NCBI GenBank assembly: GCA_028023455.1
Contig: JAQFVV010000011.1
Location: 434,001 to 498,000, forward strand
Direction: 5' to 3'
Length of the DNA stretch: 64,000 nt
Source of the DNA: Epiperipatus broadwayi
Lineage: Eukaryota > Animalia > Onychophora
The notes under the pieces are model-generated. The model saw only the letters and a list, made by a program, of their open reading frames with translations. It was not told the origin of the DNA and searched no databases. Of this stretch, positions 51,366 through 64,000 are shown in pieces. The first letter of the stretch is position 1. The number at the start of each line of letters is the position of its first letter. The position numbers and the translations under genes are program-made.

Positions 51366-53304
51366 TATAAATTAACATTAATAATTTGCAACTCCCTAGA
51401 TTCTACAATTAGAATGCCTTGTAGTCAAAAATGGTCTAATGTTGAGTACACCATTTTCTGTATAAAGTTAGTCAAAGTAAATAGGCAATAGACTATTAAG
51501 ATCAAGAACTAACTCTTAATCATTACTGGTACTACTGCTTGTCACCCTCTTGATATCATTAAAACACATTTCATTATAGTGTACTTTATTAATTTATTTC
51601 CCTCATAATAAGCACTATATGTAGATACTAGATATTACTTCTTAACAGAATAACATCTATAAACTATAATTTTTACCTTTAAAAATGTCAATACAAAACG
51701 TTTTGATCGGATAAACTTTTTTTTATCTTTTGAACATGATGAATGATCAGTGACTTGAAAAAATGATCAATATGTGAGTTTCAAAATTATTAGTTTTATG
51801 AACTGGTAATGATTTTCAGATACTAAGTACAGAATAGTACACTGACATGCATTATATATTTTATTTAATTTTCCATTTAAAGAAACTAAACTAAATGCAT
51901 ATAATTAAAGAAATTAGTTCATATACAATATGAAATTATCTTCACATATTCTTTTTTTAAAAATAAATCTTGCTATTTCTATAAAGCACAATTTCATTAT
52001 ATTTATAAATATTCTACAGTTCCACTTATATTTTGACCATATCCTATGGCTATTTTCAGTCTCTTTCTTTATATAATAAACTTAATGAAGTATATGGAAT
52101 ATAATTATCTAAAAGCCATCAAAAATGAACCTAATTTTGAAGCATAACAAAGTAATGGTTATGTTTGATATAACATGTTCATCATATCAAAATATTTCAT
52201 TTTTGTTAATACTGCACACTCACTGCATACTCAGTGTGCATGCATAGAAAATTACTGGTCATAATATATATATATATTACATAGTAGTGACAAAAAATTA
52301 AAAATAATAATACTAACAGCAGACTGTTCCATCATTGTGGATTTTAATTTTCTTTTTGAATTTAACGTTCTCTTTGAAGATATTGATCCTTAACATAATT
52401 TCCACAGACAAGACATGTTGTTTTAGTTGGCCAAAAGTTTTATATCTAGCAAGTACATGGAAATATATTATTAAATATAAACATCACAACAATATACAAT
52501 TATTTATATTGATTTCTGCCAATCCAATATTTATAGGAAAAAATGTCCACAATCCTTCTCGTAAATGTATAATTAATATCCAATACTTGGTTACCTATTT
52601 GTTTGTAAGATTAGACAAAATATTGAAATTCTGCCATTTGCAAACAAAATATTAGCAAAAAGGAAACATAACATCATTTGATAATATCTGCTTCCATATA
52701 ACATATGCTTTTAAGAACAGTTTTGTTCATTCTACTCCAGAGCCATCTATTGAAATTTCAGTCTATTAGCTGGACAAAATAAAAGAAAAAAAATGGCTGT
52801 ATGATGTGAAATTGCTTCATATATATCAAAGCATCAATAGTTACAAATTATAATACTTCTTTGTTGTTGCAGTAACAAAGTGGCAGACCCGCTCCATGCC
52901 CATGGATCTTGTCCCATCTCTGTCACTTTCAATACTCAAGCTATTTATCAACTTTCAACAAACTATTCAATTATTTCTAATTACTTACTGTTTATTTTGA
53001 ACATAATTAATGGAAGATTTATTCTTTTCAAGAAGGTCTTACTAATAAACTAAAAATTGAAGAGTAACATGAATAAGATTATCAAATATTTCTTCATTGT
53101 TACAATATACATTTCCATAAAATACATCATCATTATGAAAACAATGCTTAAAATTCCCTGAAGAAAGAAGTGTGAAAAAACAATTATATGCTATTTTTAA
53201 TTTAATTTTGCATTGAATGTCATATTGTTTAAAACTTAATGTCTTAAAATATTGGTTACAAAAATAATTTCTAAATCTATAAAATCTAATCCATATGCAT
53301 TTGA

Positions 53305-53452
53305 GTCAATGCTTTTTATTATAGATTTCTTTGCTTATAGTTTTGATTAATCTACAATCTTCATTGAAGATGCTTGTTCTTTAAGTTTGAATAAAAAAAC
53401 TTCTGATGAAGACTATAGAATAGTTGAAACTGTAAGCAAAAAAGGCTTTGAC
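53305..53452. mobile_element. Family C inverted pair of HHR cores
   Basis: The + core at 53403-53434 reads CTGATGA a gacta-tagaa-tagtt GAAA ctgta. A decayed reverse-complement copy lies at 53326-53369. The downstream flank resembles 25128-25170. Confidence 0.7.
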
Positions 53453-56049
53453 AAAAAACAACAACATTAAATTCAAGTTTATAAGAATTAAATTTTTATA
53501 GATTTTGAATTCATATTAAAAATAATGCAAAAAAATATTAAAAAGATTATAAAAATATTTATATAAATATGTATATTATACAGACTTGTTGATCTAAACT
53601 AATTTTCTGAAGATCCGCCTTTTTAAAATTATTAGTGAATAATAGCAGGATAAGAAGTAGAAATTGATGGGCCTTATCCCAAACTGTTAAATGCATTGGG
53701 ATTTTGTAAACAATACACTTTTACATTCTTTTCTGCATTTAGGACTAACATATACAAGTTTAAATAGTATTTTCTAAACCACAGTAAAGATGACAGGATT
53801 GGACAAAATAAATGGAACACCTCTGTAAACATGATGTAATGTCACCACATATATTAAAAACTAAAAAAAAAAAATATTAAAAACTGAATTTTATATGATA
53901 TTAGATTGGATATAAATTTTTCACTCATTTAAATATAGCGTACAAAAACGGAATGATGCTAAAATCATATGATTTACTAGATCATGAATGATTTTTAACT
54001 TCATCCTTTAATTCCACAAATTAGTGTTTAATTGCATAGACTGCATTAATTAGAATATTATTTTGTAGAAGATAGTATAATCTAAAAGGAATATTTGAAT
54101 TGTCCAAAATATTCAACTAGATGATTGATGTGTCCATGCGGAGTAATGGGCTAAACTATGAAAATTTTGATATGACTGCTTAAATCATTGTGATTCTATC
54201 ATCATGTATATTGGAGGGGGGGGGGCAGTATGGTTAGTAAGTGTGCTTGGAAAATAATTTTTAAATGTTTCTTCAAATCATGATATGTTTTCTGGTTCTT
54301 ATGATTATTATATCTGTTTCCATTTTATAGTCTTTTCAAACAGAAGTTTTAAAAAGATTACTTATTATTAAATATTACACTTGTAAAACTCAATAAATTC
54401 CATCAATAGACAACAGAATCTTCAAAAGTGTGTTGAACTCTGTTGAGATAAGTTTTGCTGTGACTATAGCTACAATCCATATTAATCACTGATGGTCTCC
54501 CTCAGTAAAAATTGATTTCTTAGCATAGCAAGTTTTGTTCTTCTGTAATTAGTGATTACAGTTATTGCTCTTGAAATGATTCATTTTGAAAAAAATAAAT
54601 ATGTTGCAGCTAAATCGAAAGCAACAATTTGATTCCCTTTAAACTCAGACCCAGGTGGCATTCCTTCTCACAAATTGACAGAACTGGCATCAACTTCCTG
54701 TCAGATATTCATTATAGCCTCCTTAGGGATTCACTACGACAGTAGTGTTTTTGTATATTCACTTTTTTGGTTTTGTTATCAAAAACTGAAAATTATTCAT
54801 TTTTATTTTTACTTATTAATTCCCAATTATTCAATTTCTTTTGACAACTAGTATATATATATATTTATTAAGAGATAAGTTATATCATTTTCTTAAATCA
54901 TGTTACATTCAATGTTAGTTATATTACAAACTTTGCATTGGAACAATTAGACTCTGAGGTGTTAGCCCATCGTCTGGAAGAAAATGATGCGCCCAGGTAT
55001 CTTCGTGCAATCTTTCTGGCATAAGAAGACAGTCTATACTTTTCATTCTCCCCATAGTGTTCCTGTAAATTGTCCAAGAATTGAGGTTAGACTGCTTGAA
55101 GACTAGATGGCACCACGTGAGCTACACTGCAAAGAGATTAGTATGTTTAAACAACGAATGTATATATTTAGCATGTTAAGGCAAAGGTTTCTATTACTTA
55201 GATATACTTAAGACTTCTATTCCATTGCCCACTATTCAAATGTATGAATAAAGACGTATGAAAAAGGCAAATAATCCCCCAGAATCACCTTGATTTGAGC
55301 CGGTATTCTTCAATTGGTCGAATCATACTTCTCACACTGTTTCGTCATCTTTACTCAGTTTGATCTTACATTCATATATTTGATAACACCCACTTTAATT
55401 AAATAGATTAATGATTGTTACTAACCATTTATAAGACTAGAGATTATCATATCGTTATTAGTTCAAATATAAACTTTAAATTTAATTAAAGATTATTATA
55501 ACTGTTCTTATTAAACACAACCATTATCTAATTCTTGTATAGTTGTTTTGTCAAAGTATTGAAACATGCACATATATAGAAACTTGATAAAAATTATTCC
55601 ATAGAAAGCAAGTCTATACAAGTCATTTGTCAATATCACATTCATTTTATATAACCATAGCAACCAATGCAGTATTTCATTTTTAGTAGAAACGAGACAA
55701 ATAATTACATGAAAATAAATTTTAGTAAGAGTTTCTGGTCATTAATTAAGAGAACTTGCCAAAAAAAAAAAAGTAATAAATAATAAATTAGTAAAAGAGA
55801 AATGCCAACAAAGAAATTAAACTCCATTTTATAGCAAGCATTCCAATTAACAAAGACAATTAAAGTAAAACAAAAGAAATAAAAGAGGCTATATTCGTGG
55901 TTGTGTGGGGATAATTAAAAATAAATTTAGAAATTGAAAATTATATGACAAAAAGATATGGATATGGCTAAAAAAAGATTACTGTTAAAGTAATTATATA
56001 TATAAGTTGCACCATTATCAGTAATCTGCCAAAAAGTTAGATCCCCACA

Positions 56050-56400
56050 TTGCCAACATCTCAATCCTTTCAATATCTTTCTATCCAATATTTTTTCAAG
56101 CACACATAACTACTTTCTTTTTTAAGTCAATTTTTTTCTTCTTCTTCTACTTCTCTTCTGCAGATCTTTTTGATATGTTGATCATTTTACATTCAATCAA
56201 ATTTCTGTTATAATTTTTTCCCAATAAATAATCTCTTTCATTTGTTCATTTCAATATTTCAAATCCTATCTTATTTTTTCAATTTTCTTTAAACTCATGA
56301 TTTAATAGCTTCCAGTCTTTTAACATTTCTCCTGCATATGAAATGTCACTTCAAAGGAAATATTCAACAAGCATTTTTCTTGATTCCAACTAAATCGGGA
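56050..56400 (-). mobile_element. Highly decayed RTE-like fragment
   Basis: Minus-strand ..RRNVKRLEA.. and neighbouring sequence resemble the RTE thumb region. Confidence 0.35.
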
Positions 56401-56441
56401 CACAAAATAAATTCTTACTCTCTTATATTAAAGGTTTAATT

Positions 56442-56890
56442 ATATGTTGAACTATTTTCATCATCTAACATTAAATACTGAATGTTTTTAGAAAAACTTG
56501 AAACTTTACAATTACATTCAACTGTTAGCAATCACACATAGGTTAGTATATAACAATGTTTCGAATGACAGTATTCTCCCCTCTTCTTCCGGTATTGATG
56601 ACTTAACCAATGCCAGTACTGGAAGGGAAATCTAATCTGGACCTTTAGATTTTTGAATATTGAATTATAAGGTAATGCTCTAAAGATCCAGATTCAATTC
56701 CTATGCTAGTACTACTAGTCATATCACCAATACCTGAAGAACAGAGAAAATACTACTCAAAACATTGTGTTTTACACTAACTTGTTTGCTATTACTAATA
56801 GTTGAATGTAATTGGAAAGTTTAAATAAAATTTACATTTTCTAAAGACATTCAGTATTTAATATTAGATGATAGAAATAGTTCACCATAT
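56442..56890. mobile_element. Family D non-coding derivative in fold-back form (arms about 208 bp, spacer 29 bp)
   Basis: 56442-56649 is the reverse complement of 56679-56890. The arms match the 35444-35795 Penelope tail, with decayed HHR cores at 56553-56597 (-, CGGAAGA) and 56729-56771 (+, AAAA for GAAA). Confidence 0.85.
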
Positions 56891-58795
56891 TATTAGTACT
56901 AAAATTCCATCATCAAAAACCTTTGGATAAATATTAAAGGTTTGTTTAGTCATTACAAATCTCAATTATTTATATACATTCAAAATTGAGTAATCTGCAC
57001 TAAATATTCCCCAACTATTGTTCTTAATAATTTATTGCCTTCATTTATAGTCATTCTACTTTAGATATTGATATTTAGGATAAAATTTCTAAGAGCGTCA
57101 TCAATTCTAATTATTGATTGTCTTAAACCAGAGAATGCCTCCAGAGGTAGAGTTTTAAATAAATTTAGAATCTAGTCACAAAGCTAAATTAAAAAGTTAT
57201 TCATTAACATAATTCACATGCCAAAAATGTAACATGAAAACAAAAACTATAGCAATCTTAAAACCTAATAAACCTTACAATTAAAAAAAAGTTTACCAGT
57301 CAATATCACTATTTTGTTTTCCATACAAGCTTTCTGAAAAAATGATCTTAATAAAAAGTATTAAAAACCATTTACCTTAAGAATGGACTGGATTTAAGCC
57401 AAAATAAAGCTGCTATGAATTTGTTTTATTTTTAAATCGTTTATTGAAATTAGAAAATCTATTTGTTTATTAGTAGGTTTATTTGTAAACTTTTGATCTT
57501 TTTTAAGTTAAAATGAAATTTTAAAATTGAGATTTAATATATTTAAATTCAATATAATTGTTTGAAATCTGATATATAACTAATTAATACCAGGCTAATC
57601 CAACTAAGAAACTAATCTTTTCAGTAGGTCTTTTTAGAACTTTTACTTGTTTTAAGTGAGACTCATGAGAGGGTGATATACAGATTTTTTCCCCAATTTA
57701 ATTACATTTTAAAATTGATATTTAATATATTTAAATTCAAGACAATTTGTTGAAATTTTGTAATTTTTAAAAAATTTCTATGTAAGTGGTAGGACACATT
57801 AATATTTTAAATTAGTAAGTTAGTTTCTTAGATAGTGGTGATGGTAGTGGAGGTGTTTTAAATAATGCTTGAAAGTTCTCTTTATTGTAATTGTAAGCTA
57901 CATTAAAAAATTTTTTTTTCTTTAAATAAAAAGAAAATGTCAACAATGTTAAAAAACAGAAAAGTTATTTACTGATTTCTTATACATATATAATTATGTA
58001 GCATATACTAAATATGATATCATTAAAAACAAGTCAACATATATACAATCCCAATATCAATAACAATCAAGAAATTCAAACTGTGGTCAAGAGAATATGC
58101 ATAAGTTATTGCAAAAATACGTGTGAAATTGATTAAAAGAAAATTGTATGGATTAAATGAAGTCCATTTACAGTATAGTTTTGGTAATTTTTTTTTTAAA
58201 AAAAATAAAAATTTTCAATCAAAGCAAAAATGTTAAGCACTTTTCACTTAAAAGAATATTTTATATTTTTAATCACTTATATATTACATATACATATCAA
58301 ACATGATATATACATAAGAGATATACATTTTAACTTATAGCAGAATTACCTACTGATATATATATATCAACTACAAATGTCCAGTCAATTTAAAGTACAA
58401 TATAGTTTTTCATTTTTATTTACTGTGCCAATATTAAAAACTTAAAGGAATTGACTTATTTAATTTTTTACCCCCATCACCCGCTTTTATTTCAGGTTAA
58501 ATCTAAAAATTGCAGTTGTGGTTGAAGAAACAAATTTTTTTTCTTTTTACTGCACAGTCAACAGAAGCATTTAATATAAAAAAATTTTTTTTATCTCTAT
58601 TATTTCATTGATATAATTTCAGTTTATTATTTCATTTGGAAAAATGTCTTTTTTCTATCTTAAAGTTTTTTAAATGTAAAAAAAATATTAACTTTGACAG
58701 AGTGCTTTCTGACAGAAAAATTCAGCTCTTTTTAAATTGTAGCAAATACACACTTTACAGAATGGTCCCCCAAAGGCTTCAGTTCTTTCACATAC

Positions 58796-58875
58796 TCTGT
58801 TTAAAATATTCATCAGTGATCTTCCAGAAATAGAATGCATCTATGGTTGCTTTAATTCCACCAAATATATCCTTT
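58796..58875 (-). CDS. Candidate 80-nt internal exon of an unidentified minus-strand gene
   Basis: Acceptor ttttttttatttgtag and donor a|gtatgt; open frame KDIFGGIKATIDAFYFWKITDEYFKQ, weakly hemopexin-repeat-like. No convincing partner exons were found. Confidence 0.35.
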
Positions 58876-59205
58876 CTACAAATAAAAAAAAATCTCTTAA
58901 TAAAATATAAAAAGTTTTGGAATTTTTTTTTTTTTTTTCAGAAGTTTGCCTCTAATCTCACAAAAACAGTCTACTCAACTTTTCAACTAAATAACAGGAA
59001 AATAGCTTGTAAACAAAAATGATTTTCTGTAGCAATAGACTGTAATATGATTATATCCCATTCTACTTATAAACAATCTTATTTATCGCTAATTTGTCTT
59101 CCTTATCTGCAAAAGATTATATCTAAAACAATCCCTATTTCAAAAACTCCCTTCAGATTGTTTCAAGATACTACTTGGGTTCTGATGCAAATGATCTAAT
59201 AACAC

Positions 59206-59500
59206 TTAAACAATTCAAAATACAGCAACTCTCCATATAGTAGTGCCATCTTGTGCACAAGAGATGGCAGAAGGCATGTGCATAAAATCCCTATCTAGTG
59301 CCTACTCATCCAATAGGGATTTTATGCACATGCCTTCTGGCATCCATTGATTGCTCTTGTTAGCACAAGATGGCACTACTATATGGAGAGTTGCTGTATT
59401 TTGAATTGTTTAATAACAATTATTGTGCTAGTATGAGATAGTGATCATGTGATGTTTAGTGGTTTATCTAATAACACTTCTAGTCATTCAATTAAATGTT
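59206..59500. mobile_element. Family B fold-back palindrome (59206-59413), truncated before the HHR
   Basis: Near-perfect arms ttaaacaattcaaaatacagcaactctccatatagtagtgcc...cataaaatccctat and its reverse complement, with an 18-nt loop. The right arm continues in family sequence also seen at 32175-32220. Confidence 0.9.
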
Positions 59501-60029
59501 ACTGTGAGATATTATTAGATCATTCAAGATATTCTTTTGTAATGTCTTCCATTCTTTCACATATAATAAGATATTAAAAAGTTCAAGTTTAGCATGTGAT
59601 CCAGTATATGTATCCAATCAAAGAGCTCCTTTTAAATGTGCAAATGAAAATTTTTTAAACAGTTGAAAAATTATGGCTAAAAAAAGATCTTGTGAGATTC
59701 CAAACATTTTCAAATCCATTTGATGAATTTGATCTTACTAGATGTTATTGGAGTTTTATCAACAGGTTTACAAATATTCAAAATACCCTTGCCTACCTGT
59801 CTAAAAAATGGAATTTAAAAGCCTCTTATTAGGCATACCCAAATTATAAATTATATAATCAATTCCGAGCAATGGTAGAAGTAAAGGACTTCTAGTTGGA
59901 ATCTAACAGATTGCTTTATGGTGTTTATAAATGGAATATTTAGTTATCTAAAACAATCCATGTATTACATAAATAAATAAATTCTAATTTATATTTACGT
60001 TTGTTTTCACTATATAAAAACATTGTCCT

Positions 60030-60350
60030 ATTACATCGTATATACTATATTTTCAAATAAATTGTATTACTTATGTATCACATTATGTTTACAAATACAT
60101 TGCATCACATATATTTTAAAAGTATGTTGTATCATCACGTATACAACATACATTGCATCACACATCATATTTACAAATATCACATATACTATATTTAATA
60201 GCATATCACATCATCACATGTACTACATTGCTTCACACATTGTATTTACAAATGTTACATCGCATATACTATGTTTAAAAGCATATTGCAGCAGATATAT
60301 TTACAAACTTACTATGTAATGCACCTCATATTATATTTACAAAAAGTTAT
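60030..60350. repeat. Degenerate minisatellite (cattgcatcaca / atatttacaaa motifs)
   Basis: Recurrent tatttacaaa and catcacat motifs at irregular spacing. Confidence 0.6.
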
Positions 60351-60744
60351 ATTACATAATAATAATTATTTTGGTTACTACTATTCTTTGATAAAATTAT
60401 ATAAATGTTTTGAACATTTTCACAGAAAAGGTAAACTTTATATAATTTTTTTTTATTCGCTGCTTAGCATGCTTTCAATCAATAATTTTGATCATATTCA
60501 TTCATCGAAAGCAAGCTAAGTAGTAAATAATATAAATTTATATAGAGTTTACCTTAATATGTTTAGGATCATAACACACACAATATTTATAAAATAACTT
60601 TTCAAAATATTCCAAAAACATTTGGCGCCTTTTGTATAATGATAACTAAACAAAATACTAAAACAACAAAGCCGTATGAATAACTCTTACAATCAAACAG
60701 GGATATTTTTACTTGGTCCAAATAATTTTAATATTAAAAAAAAC

Positions 60745-61195
60745 ATACCATCACCATCAACAGTATTTTGTCCCATGGATAGGTCCAGAGAGCAGTCACA
60801 TCATCCATTTTTCCACTCCATTCACTTCATTGCCCAACTCTTCAATTCCACATAACTCTTCCCATCTCTTACATCATTCAACAATGTCAATCTTTTCCAA
60901 CCTTCTTGTTTCCATTCACCATTCTTTCCAAAAACATCTTTCATTAAGTTATATTCTTTTCAATACATATCCAACCCAGTGTTTTTTTTATCTCCAATTT
61001 CCTCAATCTTTTTTTTCATTTACTCTTTTCAAAACTTCATTTATTTCATTCATCCAATTGATTTTTTCTATTCTTCTTCATGACCACATCTCAAAGTCTT
61101 CCAATCTGTTCCTAATTTTATAATTCATTGTCCATGTTTTACAACCATACATACAATAATATATTCTATATCTAGAATGTAATTCATCTTTTCCT
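60745..61195 (-). mobile_element. RTE-like LINE 3' fragment (second family)
   Basis: Minus-strand RLEDFEMWS*RRIEKINW..NEVLKRVNE and a (gatggt)n tail. Confidence 0.7.
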
Positions 61196-61473
61196 TAATT
61201 CTCTCTTCAAAGGTTCATAAAATATTTTATTTCTCTTAGTAAATGCATCTTTTATTGAATGAAATAAAATAGTAAAATAATAAAATCATAATGATATGTG
61301 TAGTAATCAGATATTTACAAATAATTTTAAAAATAAATAATTTTTATTGGTTGCAAAAAAAAAAAGAACTTTGATAAGACAACAACAACAAAAAATAAAA
61401 ATTAAATTATGAGTCGTATTAAAGTTGCAGCCAAGTATAAGTTACTAAGTAATATACAAAATAACCTTGCTAG

Positions 61474-61640
61474 GGAATTTATATGAAGTTCAAATACCAG
61501 AAGTAACAGTAGTTGAGTGATATTTTATGGAACTGAGTCATGACCTTTAGTGCAGTGAGAATTGGGGAACTTAAAAGTTCAAAATTTATGGATCATGGCT
61601 TAGCCTATTATTCCCAGTGCTTGAACTTCATATGAACTCC
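61474..61640. repeat. Old, diverged inverted repeat
   Basis: ggaatttatatgaagttcaaatacc.. pairs with ..gtgcttgaacttcatatgaactcc. Related sequence lies at about 29690-29790. Confidence 0.55.
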
Positions 61641-63450
61641 TGAACAACAAACCATTCGATTATATTTATAAAATATTTTTCCTTAAAAAATCTTTTGCTC
61701 TAAATAGCCAATTGAGAATGACTTATGTTTGTATATTCTTAAAACCAAATTTCGGTAAAAATTGTATTTTCAAAATAACAACAAAAAAGTATTTACGTAT
61801 ATTTTAAGCCAGCACATTACAAATAGTATGTAATTCTACATACATTGGTTAACTTTTCCCATATAATTGTAGTTGACATAAGCATTAGGAACATTGAGTA
61901 GGAAAACTTAAAATAAAAGTTTTATTACAGTATGCTGAGAAGTTTTCGATATCTTAATCCTGATATCTTCATATCATAGCAATGACTAGTAGATGAGAGG
62001 GTTGTGGTTAAAAATATAATATACATTTTATATAGACAAATGAATTATATGGTCCACTTTTTACAGAGAGGAAAACGTGATTCTTTTTTTATTTATTGAG
62101 TTAAGACTGTTGACAATATGCTAAGCCTCCTTTATCTTGCATTTAGAATCATTCGTTTCTATACATATAACACTAACTGATGTAGCCTCAAATGTGTGGC
62201 CATGTTTGTTTTCATGCTCTAAAAATATGTATTTGTGATTTGAATTGATTTTATCCCTTTCATAAAGCTATTGGTTTTGGGATACTTTTGTTGTGAGCCT
62301 GGCACAAGATTCTTCAAAGTAAACAGCACTGCAGTTAGTTTGACTGCAAGAAATCTTGTAAACAGTATGGGGGGGGGGAGGTTGATCAATAGGCAGTTTA
62401 TCTGTTAGAATTATTAATCAACTAGTTTACAATGGGTGGGGTTCAAAGGTTGACTCTATATGAATCAGAGCAAATTTTATTTATACTTCAGAAGACTTTA
62501 GGGATATAGGGAAGCAATATCCAAGGCTTGATGTGAGATGGTATAGTATTTATTACCATCAAAAGTCACTAACAATCTAGGAAATATTTTAACCATGCTG
62601 AAACTTCATATATATATGTTTTCCAAAAACTGAAACAGAAATATATGGTTAAGTGTGTTACCACTTATAAAATACACCCCAATTACTGTCATTATCTTCA
62701 CTTACTGCTGTGATCTTTACAAGGCCATAACAACTATTTCTATCATGTTAATTTTTTCACGATTCTTTCACTATTTTCAATACTTCTCTTTCTAATAATG
62801 CCTTTTCTAAATTCACATACTCAAGATTATCCAATTTTTTTCTTCAAATTATCCAAATTTCTGTTCTATATAAAGCAATCCATGGGTCTCGATTCCTAAC
62901 GGAGATATTAAGTGTTTTATGAATAGTTACCATAATTATTTTTAATTGTAATTGTTTTTTATAAGAAATTTCACTTATGAAGGTTTTCTCTTATTGATTT
63001 CATTATAGATTTACTGCAATATCCTACTAGTGGTTGTAATACAGGTTTTTGATAAATGAATAAAAATGATGTAAGATTCACCTTTTGAAAATTCTTAAAA
63101 AATATTTAATACTACTGTTTTCGCATATTAAACACCTTATAATATATAATTATTTGTTGTGATGAATCTTTAATATTTTTTCAAAATTCCATTGTGGCTG
63201 TATACATCCCCAAAATATTATTGACCTTATTATGCAATGGAAGATAAATATTTTATTTCAAAGTCTAAGATGATTGATAAACATTAACAGTATAATTCAC
63301 AGTAGAATATGTTCCGCTAAGAAATATTTTGTTCAGATTTTTTTTTTAAAGATATAAAATTAGAGATTAAATATATATTATTTACTTAATTAAAAAATGA
63401 AAAACAAAATAATTGTTAATTTTAAATTATCAAATTACTTAACAATATAT

Positions 63451-63602
63451 ATATATAGGGTATATGAGCACAGACTTTCACACGACCCACCACTCTCCAC
63501 TCTATCTAATAACACTGATACACTTAAACACATGTATGTTATTAGATAGAGTGGAGGGGGTGGTGGGTCGTGTGAAAGTCTGTGCTCATATACCCTATAT
63601 AT
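63451..63602. repeat. Fold-back palindrome, 64-bp arms, 22-nt loop
   Basis: 63451-63514 is the reverse complement of 63537-63602 with about 2 differences. Confidence 0.95.
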
Positions 63603-63922
63603 TACATATATATATATAGACACAGGTATATAATAAGCCTGTGTTTCTGTTATTACATTGTAGAGATGTTTGCCCATCATTGCATATGTATTAAATGAAT
63701 TATGTCCTGTACATGTGGGGTTCAGATTGACCTTAGGTCAACATGGGTGTGACAATAATCTCGGCCTCAGGGTGGCCTTTGAGCATTCCATCATCAGATT
63801 TTCAATTGGATGGACCGTTGAAGAGTTGGAGTGTGGAGTAGATTGAAGCCTGCCCATTAAAGTATGAAGATTGTCTATCTTAATATATATCTGAGCACTT
63901 ATAGTATATATGTGTAGAGATG

Positions 63923-63981
63923 ATAATCTAGACCAACTGATGATTGCTTGTTTAGCATGAAATACATATATTGGTGATTAT
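63923..63981 (+). ncRNA. Candidate hammerhead ribozyme (family E)
   Basis: ataatc-tag-accaa CTGATGA ttgc-ttgttta-gcat GAAA tacatat a ttggt-gattat. Stem I is 5+6 bp with a bulge; stem III ATACATAT is one transition from the palindrome ATACGTAT; the triplet is AUA. The closing pair of stem II is non-canonical. Confidence 0.6.
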
Positions 63982-64000
63982 TTATCTTTTCGACATATAT

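Overview
Very AT-rich, CpG-depleted animal genomic DNA; an arthropod is plausible but is only an inference. No prokaryotic operon or CRISPR structure is present. The one host gene I can support is the 3' end of a TSPAN6/7-type tetraspanin on the + strand: the penultimate exon (14649-14732), the last exon (21475-21546) and a probable long 3' UTR. The rest is intronic or intergenic DNA filled with decayed transposons: an internally deleted hAT (Buster/Charlie-type) with TIRs and an 8-bp TSD, an L1/Tx1-like ORF2 remnant, several RTE-clade LINEs (one full-length with a 9-bp TSD), a tRNA-Gly-derived simple SINE family and a Penelope-like element (PLE) GIY-YIG remnant. 11.1-12.8 kb looks like low-quality sequence. 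The standout signal is about 14 minimal type-I hammerhead-ribozyme (HHR) cores (CUGANGA / stem II / GAAA / short palindromic stem III / NUH) in five short non-coding repeat families (A-E). One family occurs as a 424-nt head-to-tail tandem bounded by two HHRs (retrozyme-like) and elsewhere as a greater-than-unit-length, inverted array. Another is the 3' region of a Penelope element that also carries a tRNA-like Pol III A/B-box module. About 13 fold-back inverted repeats occur in the 64 kb, and 7 of them belong to these HHR families. All structure calls were made by eye, and no catalytic activity is demonstrated.
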